The position numbers were made by a program, and so were the translations under genes. From assembly GCF_021869535.1 (NCBI RefSeq), contig NW_026262679.1:58776001-58840000 (forward strand): a stretch of 64,000 bases of DNA, given 5' to 3'. How positions within the stretch are numbered: the first letter of the stretch is position 1; each line of letters starts with the position of its first letter. This document shows positions 38,421-49,168 of this stretch, in pieces. Source of the stretch: Mytilus californianus (Eukaryota). The notes under the pieces are model-generated. The model ran no database searches and was not told the origin of the DNA. It saw only the letters and a program-made list of their open reading frames with translations.

Positions 38421-40112
38421 ATGGATAATTTGTCACGTTGTCAGCATACATTTGTTAATGACATGGCTGAACATTCGAGCATTGACTCGGTATCGGAACT
38501 TTCTGGCACGGCCAAGACTAGTTCAAAAAGTGACAATATTTTTAGCATTATGAATGACCACAGGCAACTTATTTCGCCAGGTTATGATAACAATATTAGT
38601 GGGTTTCAAGCAAGCATTGAAAACATTAATGTAGGAGGAGGAGCCATGAGCAATGCTCCTGTCACTCACACTCCGGAAGTAGTCACACCGGATATCTACA
38701 ATATGCTACTGCAAAATCAATTGTATATCCAAACTTTGATGAAAAATCAGAATTCAAGAACTGATACTACACAAAGTTCCACAAAGGTAAATCCTAGACA
38801 ATCGGCAACAATGGCCGGACCAAGAAAGGTCGTGAAAAATAAACCCACAAAGGATGATTACCAATCGCAACTGGACAGTTTGTTTGATAATGATATGAAC
38901 AATAACCAAACTAAAAACATATCTGCACCGTCTGAATTATATTCAGATATTTCTAGTGACGAAAGTCACGATAGTGATGATGAAGCATGTTCTGAGAATG
39001 AAGTAGATAATGATATTGAAAAGGCAGAAAATGAAAATGTCTTAGAATCCATGAAAGACTTCATTAGTTCAGATGAAAAGACAGGTCCAAAAATTAATTC
39101 TGGTTTAGCCTCATACATGAACCAGGGACTGAGGACACGAGTCAATGAAGAAAAATACAAAGATCTCACAAAGAAATATGATAAGTCTGCTAATGTGAGC
39201 AGTCTAAAAGTCCCACGAGTCAACATAGGTGAGGATTTATGCAATTAAATTGCATTTTAAAAAAAAATTTATCTTGTGAAAAATCAAGTGTATCTGCAAA
39301 TCAATTTTTTATAATACAAACCATAATTTACATGGTAATAAATAATATAGTATTATAAATATGATTAAAAACTCGCAATAATTATCATGATCATGCAAAA
39401 TGTGTACACGTATAAATATTGCGTAAAAATCCTTTACATGTAATAATAATATACACATTATAAACTTTTAGTGTATATATACTAAATTTATATTAAAATT
39501 GTAGGTATTTGGAAACAAATGACACCACGGAATAAAGATGTTGATGTAAAATTACAACGTTTACAGAATCTTTTGTCTAAAACAGCTTGCCCATTGATGT
39601 ATATGATGGATATGTTTGTGGATAAATCTTCAAAGAAAGAAGGAATGTCTAGAGAGGAACTGCAAGCATATGCAGTTACGTGCAGAGATACGTACCAGCT
39701 ATTTCAAGCTTGTTATAGCGAAATAACCTTCAGAAGAAGGAGTTTCATTAAGGGGGACATTCAACCCCAGTATAAAGGTCTGTGTGATGATACCACACCA
39801 GTCACTGACATGCTGTTTGGGGACGATATTAAGGAAAAAATCAAAGAGCTAGATGCGGAGCATAGTGTGTGTAAAAAAGTTGGGAAGGACCATAATTATA
39901 CGTATGATAATCCCAAGAACTCATATCAGTCTTCTAACAGGGGACGTAGCCATCATGGCCATGGAGGGCGTGGATTTCCTCATAAATTTGGGAAAAGAAA
40001 ACGCCACATTGATGGAGGAAAACCAATCAAAAGAATAATGAAATATGATGATGATGGTTTTTTAGACCGCAGCAAGACATTCAACAAGAAGAAAAACAAA
40101 GACAAAAAGTAG
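38421..40112 (+). CDS. gag: DIRS Gag-like ORF1, spliced join(38421 or 38463..39228,39505..40112), ~457-471 aa
   Basis: Removing the 276-bp GTGAGG...TTGTAG intron (39229-39504, phase 1) fuses ORFs 38418..39248 and 39519..40112 into ...KVPRVNIG|IWKQMTPRNKDVDVKLQRLQNLL..., matching the DIRS gag pattern VP-x-VN-x-x-IW...D-x-KLQ-x-x-Q. Confidence 0.8.
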
Positions 40113-42220
40113 ATCATGTTATTTCTGATAGTGATGTAAGTACAAATGATCACTTGATTGACTTAACTGCTATAAAACTTCAAAATATTCCTAATAATTT
40201 TATTGGGGGGAAAATTTCAAAGTTTTTTCATCGATGGAAGGAATTAACATCTGACTATTGGATCTTAAATATTATTAAAGGTTATCAGTTAGAATTTGAA
40301 AACATTCCTACACAGCTTATAAAGCCATACCCACTTGTATTCAGCAGTGAAGAAAATGAATATGTACAAAAAGAAATAGATAAGTTTATTTCAAAAACAA
40401 TTATTCAACCTGTTACTCCAATTAAGGATCAGTATGTTTCAAATATTTTTGTGAGACCCAAGAAAGATGGCACTTATCGAGTAATTTTAAATTTAAAACA
40501 GTTAAATCTTGATATTGAACAAATTCACTTTAAAATGGAAACTTTTAAAACAGCAATAACAAACATTACACAAAATTGCTGGTTTGGTTCTGTTGATTTA
40601 AAAGATGCATATTATTCTGTTAGCATCAATGAAAAAGATAGGAAATATCTTAGATTTTATTGGAATGAGGTTTTGTATGAATACACTTGTTTGCCAAATG
40701 GATTAACAACAGCACCGCGAATTTTCACAAAAATTTTAAAAGTTGTTTTTTCAAAACTGAGAAGTAAAGGACATTGCAACACACCATATATTGATGATAG
40801 TTTACTTGTGAGCAAGACCTTTTCTGGATGTCAAAGTAATATAATTGACACAGTACAATTATTAGATCATCTTGGTTTTACCATACATCCAGATAAATCT
40901 GTACTTCAACCTACTCAAATTATTGTATTTTTGGGTTATGTGATTAATTCAATAACAATGTGTATTAGAGTAACAGAAGAAAAGGCAGACAATATAATTA
41001 AATTATGTAGTCGGTTAATTCTCAAAAAAGAGATTACAATAAGAGAGTTTGCACAAGTTATTGGAAAATTAGTAGCAACGGAACCAGGTGTACAGTATGC
41101 ACCATTATATATAAAGTCTTTAGAAATTACAAAAGATATATTATTAAAACAAAATTATGGAAATTTTGATGCAAAAATGTCTTTGTCAGATGGAAATATT
41201 TCAGATTTAAATTGGTGGGTTAATAATATAAATAGTAGTTTCAAACCAATGACTTTAATAGATCCGAAGTTTATTCTTAACACTGATAGTTCAAACACTG
41301 GTTGGGGTGCAGTTGTGCAAGATACATTGTTCGAAACCAAAGGGTTTTGGTCATATGAAGAACAGAAAAACCATATTAATTTTCTAGAGCTTAAGGCAGC
41401 ATTTTTAGCATTAATTTGGTTTTATTCGTCAAGAAAGAACATTCATGTAAAAGTGTATCTAGATAACATGGTCGCAGTGAATTATATTAATAAAATGGGT
41501 GGCCGCATTGTAAAGTTAAACAATTTGACAAAGGAATTGTGGATTTGGTGTATACAAAGAAAAATTTGGGTTACTGCTTGTCATTTGCCAGGAGTTGCTA
41601 ATATAGAAGCAGATAGACTATCGAGATCAATAAATGTGGATATTGAGTGGAAATTGCATGATGATGTTTTTAATATTATTGATTTTTTATTTGGACCACA
41701 TGATGTAGATTTGTTTGCATCAAAATTAAATCATCAATTACCACGTTATTTCTCTTACTTTCCTGATAAATATGCTGAAGCAGTAGACGCTTTTTCTGTA
41801 AAATGGAGTAACATTAATTGTTATTGTTTTTCACCTTTCAGTCTGATAGGGAAGATATTGCAAAAGGTGGACCAGGATCAAGCGGACATGACATTAGTGG
41901 CACCATTGTGGAACACTCAGAACTGGTTTCCACAAATACTTCATCGGATTGTGGCACAGTCATTTATAATAAACAGTCGAAAAAATCTTCTTTATCAACC
42001 CCAGAATCCAACAAAAGAGCATCATTTAGTGAAATTACGATTAGCAGTTTTCAGGATATCGGGGAAATCTTGCAAAATTATGGATTATCAAAAGAATCTT
42101 CCGAAATCATCATTGCATCTTGGAAACCAGCTACTCGACAACAATATTGGACATATTTCAAAAGATGGTTGTTATTTTGCAGTGAACGAAAAATTAATTC
42201 ATTTAAAGCCACTGAGTTAA
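40055..42220 (+). CDS. pol: DIRS RT-RNase H-methyltransferase-like ORF
   Basis: RVILNLKQLN, DLKDAYY, LPNGLTTAPRIFTK, YIDD; TDSS..GWG, HINFLELKA, DNMVAV, N.EADRLSR; DLFAS and FSPF in the MT-like domain. Frame open from 40055; first ATG only at 40535. Confidence 0.93.
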   Translation, partial: WFFRPQQDIQQEEKQRQKVDHVISDSDVSTNDHLIDLTAIKLQNIPNNFIGGKISKFFHRWKELTSDYWILNIIKGYQLEFENIPTQLIKPYPLVFSSEENEYVQKEIDKFISKTIIQPVTPIKDQYVSNIFVRPKKDGTYRVILNLKQLNLDIEQIHFKMETFKTAITNITQNCWFGSVDLKDAYYSVSINEKDRKYLRFYWNEVLYEYTCLPNGLTTAPRIFTKILKVVFSKLRSKGHCNTPYIDDSLLVSKTFSGCQSNIIDTVQLLDHLGFTIHPDKSVLQPTQIIVFLGYVINSITMCIRVTEEKADNIIKLCSRLILKKEITIREFAQVIGKLVATEPGVQYAPLYIKSLEITKDILLKQNYGNFDAKMSLSDGNISDLNWWVNNINSSFKPMTLIDPKFILNTDSSNTGWGAVVQDTLFETKGFWSYEEQKNHINFLELKAAFLALIWFYSSRKNIHVKVYLDNMVAVNYINKMGGRIVKLNNLTKELWIWCIQRKIWVTACHLPGVANIEADRLSRSINVDIEWKLHDDVFNIIDFLFGPHDVDLFASKLNHQLPRYFSYFPDKYAEAVDAFSVKWSNINCYCFSPFSLIGKILQKVDQDQADMTLVAPLWNTQNWFPQILHRIVAQSFIINSRKNLLYQPQNPTKEHHLVKLRLAVFRISGKSCKIMDYQKNLPKSSLHLGNQLLDNNIGHISKDGCYFAVNEKLIHLKPLS

Positions 42221-43059
42221 ATGTTTTAGAATTTTTAACTTCGTTATATAAAATAGGTTTAGGTTACAGTGCTATTAATACTGCCAGAAGTATGTTATCT
42301 TCATTTATGTCTGGAAATCAAGAAAAAACTGTTGGGCAATGGCCATTGGTGAAGCGCTTTCTAAAAGGCATATTCAATCTTAAGCCATCATTACCCAGAT
42401 ATCAAAGAACCTGGGATGTTGAAGTCGTGCTTAAATATTTGAAGACATTAACACCAGTTTATATGTTATCTTTACGTGTTTTATCATATAAGCTAGTTAC
42501 ACTGCTATTATTGTTAACAGGTCAAAGGTTACAAACCATTCATAGCTTAAATTTAGATGATATAACTGTTACAGATAGTAACATATATATAGATGTGAGA
42601 AGTTTATTGAAATGTTCAAAGCCAGGGAGGCATTTACAACCAATAGAGTTGCCAGCTTTTATTGAGGATAATAGTCTGTGTATTGTAACTGTTCTAAAAG
42701 AGTATTTAGTTAGAACATCATGTTTTCGGAAAACCCAAAGATTAATCTTGAGCTGTATAAAACCATATTCTCATGTGTCTAAAGACACTCTTGGACGTTG
42801 GGTTAAGATTGTTTTGCAAACGTCTGGTGTAGACATAACTATATACAAACCACATAGTACTAGATCAGCAAGTACATCTGCAGCACTACGGTGTGCTACT
42901 TCAGTAGATACTATTTTAAAAGCGGCAGGTTGGTCAAATGAATCAACATTCAGAAAATTTTATGATAAACCTGTATCTAAACAAAATTATAATGATAATT
43001 ATAGTGTGAAGGTTTTGAGAAGTCATATCTTATCAAATTCTGATAAGTCTCATGTATAA
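41818..43059 (+). CDS. DIRS tyrosine recombinase
   Basis: TGQR, LKCSKPG, HSTRSAS and AGWS..TFRKFY (R-K-H-R-W-Y catalytic set); overlaps the MT region; first ATG at 42292. Confidence 0.93.
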   Translation: MLLFFTFQSDREDIAKGGPGSSGHDISGTIVEHSELVSTNTSSDCGTVIYNKQSKKSSLSTPESNKRASFSEITISSFQDIGEILQNYGLSKESSEIIIASWKPATRQQYWTYFKRWLLFCSERKINSFKATELNVLEFLTSLYKIGLGYSAINTARSMLSSFMSGNQEKTVGQWPLVKRFLKGIFNLKPSLPRYQRTWDVEVVLKYLKTLTPVYMLSLRVLSYKLVTLLLLLTGQRLQTIHSLNLDDITVTDSNIYIDVRSLLKCSKPGRHLQPIELPAFIEDNSLCIVTVLKEYLVRTSCFRKTQRLILSCIKPYSHVSKDTLGRWVKIVLQTSGVDITIYKPHSTRSASTSAALRCATSVDTILKAAGWSNESTFRKFYDKPVSKQNYNDNYSVKVLRSHILSNSDKSHV

Positions 43060-43284
43060 CATGAATAATGATAATACATATGTTAGATTTACAATCAATG
43101 ACATTTCAAAGTTTAACATAACATGTGCATATGTCAATGTATGTTTGATTTACTTTACTTTTGTACTTTGATAGAATACAAAGTTGATACAACATCTTGT
43201 TTTTTAAAGCCTGAAAATAAATCATGATTGATGAGGCTGTAATAAATTACAGTGAACATGAGTAACAGATCACATATCTCTGAA

Positions 43285-43401
43285 ATCTCATGGTACTCTC
43301 AGCATATAGGTTCAATAAAATTGTACAATTAAATGAGACTTACCTTAAGTCGAAATTTGATTGTAATTTTGTTGAACCTATTTATGCTGAGAGTTAACAT
43401 G
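43285..43401. repeat. DIRS internal complementary region (ICR)
   Basis: 43285-43320 is the exact reverse complement of 38181-38216; 43321-43401 is the exact reverse complement of 43510-43590. Confidence 0.95.
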
Positions 43402-43481
43402 CCCTCCCTATCACTCGTATTCCCACCCAGTTTTCTTTTGGTGTATCATGTGCTTATGTGCTCTGTTACATTCTCTGAAAA

Positions 43482-43590
43482 GTGACCTCTACGATCTGCG
43501 TGCGCATCTCATGTTAACTCTCAGCATAAATAGGTTCAACAAAATTACAATCAAATTTCGACTTAAGGTAAGTCTCATTTAATTGTACAA
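43482..43590 (-). repeat. DIRS right ITR with 3' extension
   Basis: GTGACCTCTACGATCTGCGTGCGCATCTCATG...CATTTAATTGTACAA. Confidence 0.92.
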
Positions 43591-44229
43591 TTTTAACACA
43601 TTTGGCAAATATTCCTTGTTTAATCTTTATTTTTTAAGGATATACTGCATCAAATTGTGGGAGCATCAGTACAAGTAACGGGGGAAATCAGTACTGGGAA
43701 TAGGTTGATCTGAACCATTTGTGCACAAAGGTTCAAGTTAAATTACAAGATATTTTTATCATTTATAATCTTATTTTGTGCATATTTCTACATGAATTTA
43801 ATTTGTCAATTTTTATATTTGAAAAAAATCAGGAAATGAAAACAATATCTAATATACTGAGGGTTTTCTTATAGAAACTGAAAACTGAAAACTTTGGACT
43901 AAAATCATTTGCATTAGAATCAAAATAAAGAAAAGGGAAGGTCATGATGTAACTTCAAGGCAATCCTTCCTCGGGATATTACTTACTGAAGACACAATCA
44001 ATTATCTTTATCAAATTGATCATTTCCAGCTACTTAAATAAACTAAGGTAGTCAGAGTTTATATTCCTCCAAAAAAATCACCGTCTTGAAACGGGGAAGT
44101 TAAAACAAATAAAACAGGCTGAATTAAATGAACTTGAATGTAATTTCACCTGGTAGGCGAATCATATCAAAGTGTGGTTCAGTAATTGATCGGTCATTTA
44201 CAAGGTTTTATTTTGATGTTGGGTTAGAT

Positions 44230-44430
44230 TCACGATTGCAGATTTATTTTCTGTAACTCATATAAAGCCTTTTTCTGCAACTGTAATAAGAGCATTAATT
44301 GCCAATCTCTGAAAAGATCCGTCTGAAGTAAATTTAATTGATAAATTTAAAAACATTTACCGTTATCTTGATGATATTTTTGCTCTCGAAAAAACACATA
44401 CAATGTTAAATGCTGAATTTGAAGTAAAGC
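44230..44430 (+). pseudogene. Penelope-like RT fragment
   Basis: IADLF...KDPSEVNLIDKFKNIYRYLDDIFAL (YLDD motif). Confidence 0.55.
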
Positions 44431-44474
44431 AGTGCTCTAAATGAGGGTCGTCTAGTTGGTTATTAATTTCTCAT

Positions 44475-44930
44475 TCCTTAGTCGTTAATTATTCTTTTTC
44501 CTTATTCGATACCTATTCGTTACTTATTCCTTATTGGTTACCTATTCGTTACTTATTCCTTATTCGTTACTTATTCCTTATTGGTTACCTATTCGTTACT
44601 TATTCCTTATTCGTTACTTATTCGTTACTTATTCCTTATTCGTTAGCTATTCGTTACTTATTCCTTATTCGTTACTTATTCCTTATTCGTTACCTATTCG
44701 TTACTTATTCCTTATTCGTTTCCTATTCGTTACTTATTCCTTATTCGTTACCTATTCGTTACTTATTCCTTATTCGTTACCTATTTGTTACTTATTCCTT
44801 ATTCGTTACCTATTCGTTACTTATTCCTTATTCGTTACATATTCGTTACTTATTCCTTATTCGTTACCTATTCGTTACTTATTTCTTATTTGTTAAATAT
44901 TCGTTACTTATTCCTTATTCCTTATTTACT
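44475..44930 (+). repeat. Minisatellite built from tattcgttac(c/t) and tattcct sub-units (~29-bp higher-order unit)
   Basis: Directly visible; explains the spurious ORFs 44534..44896 and 44785..44988. Confidence 0.92.
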
Positions 44931-46349
44931 ACTTAATCGATTTAAGTATGAGTTCTCTTTTCGTGCTTTACTTTCTTATCTCTGGTGATAGTTCTTTGTG
45001 TGTATAGGTGAATTACACTTTTAGCACGAATGTACCCGTATCAGCGCTTGACTGATACTCTATTACTTAATCGTTCCTTATTCGCTTGTAATACATGATA
45101 AGGAATAAGTAACCAACTTGATGACCCACTGAAAATGAGAGTTTCTAAAAAGTGGAAAAGGAATATGGAAAGGAAACTAGAAACAGAGAAAAACATGTAA
45201 GAATGTAGTCATCTCCTGTTTAGGAATTTGTGTCAACCGTTCGGACTCCTTGGTTTTTTTAACGATACAGGGTAAAATATTTTCCCCATACATGTATCAC
45301 CCTCTTTTCATTGCATATTAGACTTCAATATAGCATACCCAAAGGGTGACTGGGGAATAGAAGTATGGTCATCATTGGTCTTCCTTCCACCGGTAGTAAA
45401 ACCCTAGTCAAAGTAGATCGTCCGTTTGGCTGTGCGGGATGTACAAATAATCAGGTGTTTGCCAGAATAAACGATCAGATGCGTAGTGTAACTTAAAGGG
45501 TATTTTTTCGTCATAAAAAAGAACACGTAGAGAATAATGATTTTTCAGTTATCTTTTTATAGCACTACAATCTTTACAATCTACAAATATATATATATAT
45601 ACATATCATATAGGAGTAACTTTCAAATTTCAACATTCCTTTTGGGTGAATGAATATACATGCATGTCTATGCATGCTAATGTTTTCGATCATAGTAATG
45701 CTTAAAACAGCAAACTGAAAGAGTGACAATATTTTCAATTGTACTGTTGTAAAATAAAATTCATGGCTAAATGAATGGGATTAAAATTTCGGACAAAGAA
45801 TTAAGCGGCATGACATTCAAAGCACTGTGAACAATTTGGTTTTTAGAACTTGCGAAAGACACTGTGCAAATCGTAAATTCATGTACTGACTTTGTGCCAG
45901 TTTTTATCACTACAATTAATGCACAATTTGAAAGACAAATGATGAAATGCGTTTCCCCCCAAAATGTATTACTTCACAACCTATCTAGAACCGAGGCGAA
46001 TATCCATATTTTTAGGCCGTATGTAGATCTTTTTAGTGTTGTTGGGTTACTGTGTTATTGACTTTTATCCAATATCTTTATTATTTACTTCTTAAGAAAA
46101 GTCAAACAAACATTTAGTTAATCGCATGATCGCTCCTTTACGACGTACGTCCATGGTCACAAGTAGAATTCAAAATAAACGAACCACTGGAGCAATTGCA
46201 AGCGGTATACGCCATCAAATTACGTGCAATTAATATTTTAAAAACATAGTCTCATCATCTCATGCCAATTATATCAATACGTTATGCTTTAAAATCTTTT
46301 ATCTTGAATACTGGAGTTAGGTGAATTTAAACAAATATCTGGAATTTAA

Positions 46350-46721
46350 GGATGTACTTAGGTGAAATTAAAAAAATCAAGAATTTAAAATTGATACTGT
46401 CGAAAAGCATTAGTTAAGGAACAAAATAAGCTAAAAATATTGATAGATCATGGAGCTCCTTTTCAAGATATTTGATTTTTAAAATATGACGGGAAAAGGC
46501 TGAATCGGACTTTTACCTTATATTTGTATTGGTATTATTTGGGTCTCAAATCAAAAGAAAAGAAATTAAGAATCTGCTTAAATTTTTGCAAATGACCTTT
46601 TATGAGCTATTAAATCTTGTATGAAAAGATAGATGGGTGTATGTTACCTTGTATCGTATGGAAAAAAAACAAGGAGTCCGAACATCTGACACAAATTCCA
46701 AAATCTCACCTAAGTACATCC
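46350..46721 (+). mobile_element. 372-bp Kolobok-type MITE
   Basis: Perfect 16-bp TIRs GGATGTACTTAGGTGA; TTAA at 46346-46349 and 46722-46725. Confidence 0.9.
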
Positions 46722-49168
46722 TTAAAATTGATACTAGTACTATAAATCCGAAGAGTATTAGTTTAAGGACAAATCAGGTAAAAAATTGATAGGTAATGGA
46801 TCTCCTTTCGCGACAATTTTTTTTAAGCGGGAATAGGCTGGCTTGGACTTTTATCTTATTTAGCATAGGCAATATTTTGGCTCTCAAATCATATAGAATC
46901 GGCTTGACTTTGGTTAATGACCTTTTATGAGATATTGATTGATTGATAGTTGGTTGCTTAGCGTCCAGTAGCAATTATTTCATGCATATTCAGGACGAGA
47001 ACTAAAAAAAATAGGTAGGTTCTGTAATAGAGGCGTCTGGGATTTAGGTCAGAGAAATTTAGACAACCACGGGAAATGAGGGTATATTGGATAGGAATAG
47101 AAATATAGTCTTGCAACAGGTCACCTGCGGACTCATAAAAGAGTTGCTGCAAGGGTTCTTAACGTTTAAAGAGCCTGGCACTCTCTTTACACGAGGCATC
47201 GGATTTAATGTTCCCATTCTGACCGGACGTGGCTGTAAATTTAATACTTTGCGAGAAGTGTGATAATTTTGCTGCATTCTAACCTTTTGTCAAAACAAAA
47301 CCTTAAAAATCCTCTATAATTATGACTGATGAATCTCTCTGAACTGTAGACATGAGACAGCACTACCACATGAAAACTAAATGTGAATGTGTGCGTAAAA
47401 TATATTCATATTTAGCGCACAAAATATTAATTGATACCACAATATTTTATATCGAGCAATCAAAATATTTATTCGTGCGCACTATAAATTTATATTAAAC
47501 GCACAAAATATATAATGAGCGCACAAAATATTGTGTATTGTCGAACGATTTATATATTGTGTCTGCATAGATCCCTACCGAGCTTCGTAAAAATCAGTCT
47601 ACCTGTATAACAGATCTGTACTTTCAACTTTCATTAATATCAATGAGAAATTAAAACCTACAGCAAATAGCCTGTCGGTTTCGTTTGATACAACGCAAAT
47701 ATTTACAAATCTTCCTAAAATTGTTCTATTAGTTGCAGTTAAAGGAGCCTATGCCACTGAAAAGTATAACAAAAAGGACTCCAAGGTTTTTTCAAAAAGG
47801 AGGGGTATGGGGTTTGGGATGGGATGGGGTGGGGTCCATATAAAATTACAAAATCAAACATTATCAATAAACGGAACGAGTGAAAAACAACCGTCATATC
47901 TCTATTTAGGAAAAAGCATTTTCGGAGGAAAATAGTGAGGTAAACCTGATTTTATAGCTAGCTAAACCTCAAACTTGTATGACAGTTGTTTATAGAGCAA
48001 TCCAAACTGACATATTCAAAGTCGATGTCCCAACGGTCAATGTAATAAAATACTTCTGTTGACTGATACTCATTATAGATTACTTTTTATTTTAATTTGA
48101 TTGGAAAATATAAAAAAAATACTAGGTACGATAATTGGCGGCAGTTTTTTAACCGGAAATCTGTGGCATACTTATGTTTGAAATAATGAATAAGATAGTT
48201 TCTTCATTTCGACATAAAAAAAACATAGAAAATATAGGGTGATGGATTTATAATATATACTAGTAATGGAGCATCAGATGAAGTTAAAGATTTTTTTCGT
48301 CTGGACAATCCTTTACTAAAGTCTAACCATGAAATCTCAAACTACTCAGTCAAAGATTTACAACATATGGCATTCTTGACCTTGAAATACATTTAATAGA
48401 AACAAATGCTATCAATCTGAATCGAAATAGCTGTCTATCACAGCATGTATTCCAATGATGTATTAAAGATGAAGCGGCCGATACAGAAACAATAAGTGAC
48501 CATAACAAATTAATACAAATCTAACAAATTTTAGAGAGAGGTTATGATAACGTCAGAAACGACGAAACTAGTATAATAACATATGCTCTATTTATTGATT
48601 CTACTGAAATATTGCAGCACAAAAACTTAGATAAAAAAGAAAATATTCATTATTTTTAATAACAAAATATAACCCATGTATTCGTAAAAAAAGTATCATA
48701 AAATATTAGCATTTATTGCAGTCTGACGAAGAATGTGGGCAAGTGTTTAATGTTGAACCAACAGTTATGTAGAGCAATCACAAAAGTCTAGGGGACATGC
48801 TTACTAGATCAAGACTTAAAAACAAACAATTGACAGTTGGACCCCTGATGATGGCAGATCTGTCATGATATGTATTGATGAATCATTTAAATATTTATAA
48901 TTTAACATGTACTAGTATATGAATAATTTTTATATTTGATCGTATTCAAGTCTAAGAGGACCAACCCAAGCTTTATAACTGCCGAAATACTAAAACAGTG
49001 TTGGGTCCTATCAGACGACATTGGATGCATGGTTGCATCGTTTTATGATTATAAAAAATGTACACAAAAATCTTTTCATTTTACAATCGGTGGAAATACT
49101 CGAATAGCCAATTAAATCATCGAGCCTGACTCTCACGAACATATACAGTTATTTTGATGTTGTTGCTT

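Larger units (their letters stand above)
38181..43590 (+). mobile_element. Full-length DIRS1-type tyrosine-recombinase retrotransposon
   Basis: lITR 38181-38240, rITR 43482-43590, ICR 43285-43401; gag, RT-RH-MT and YR ORFs in the canonical overlapping order; no TSD, but a shared TTTTA core at both junctions. Confidence 0.96.

Noticed and set aside
38241-38444. Possible 5'UTR intron in the DIRS (TTCTAAC branch-like at 38401, CAG at 38444)
   Set aside because: Acceptor is plausible but there is no convincing donor, so it is unsupported.
40110-40114. Alternative splice from the gag donor to AG 40111-40112, which would enter the RT frame
   Set aside because: Frame-compatible, but the upstream sequence is purine-rich with no polypyrimidine tract.
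43640-43710. Possible exon reading ILHQIVGASVQVTGEI (AsnRS OB-fold-like)
   Set aside because: Very short similarity, stop codons follow in all frames, weak donor, and no partner exons found.
44534-44988. 120-aa and 67-aa ORFs
   Set aside because: Translations of the minisatellite.
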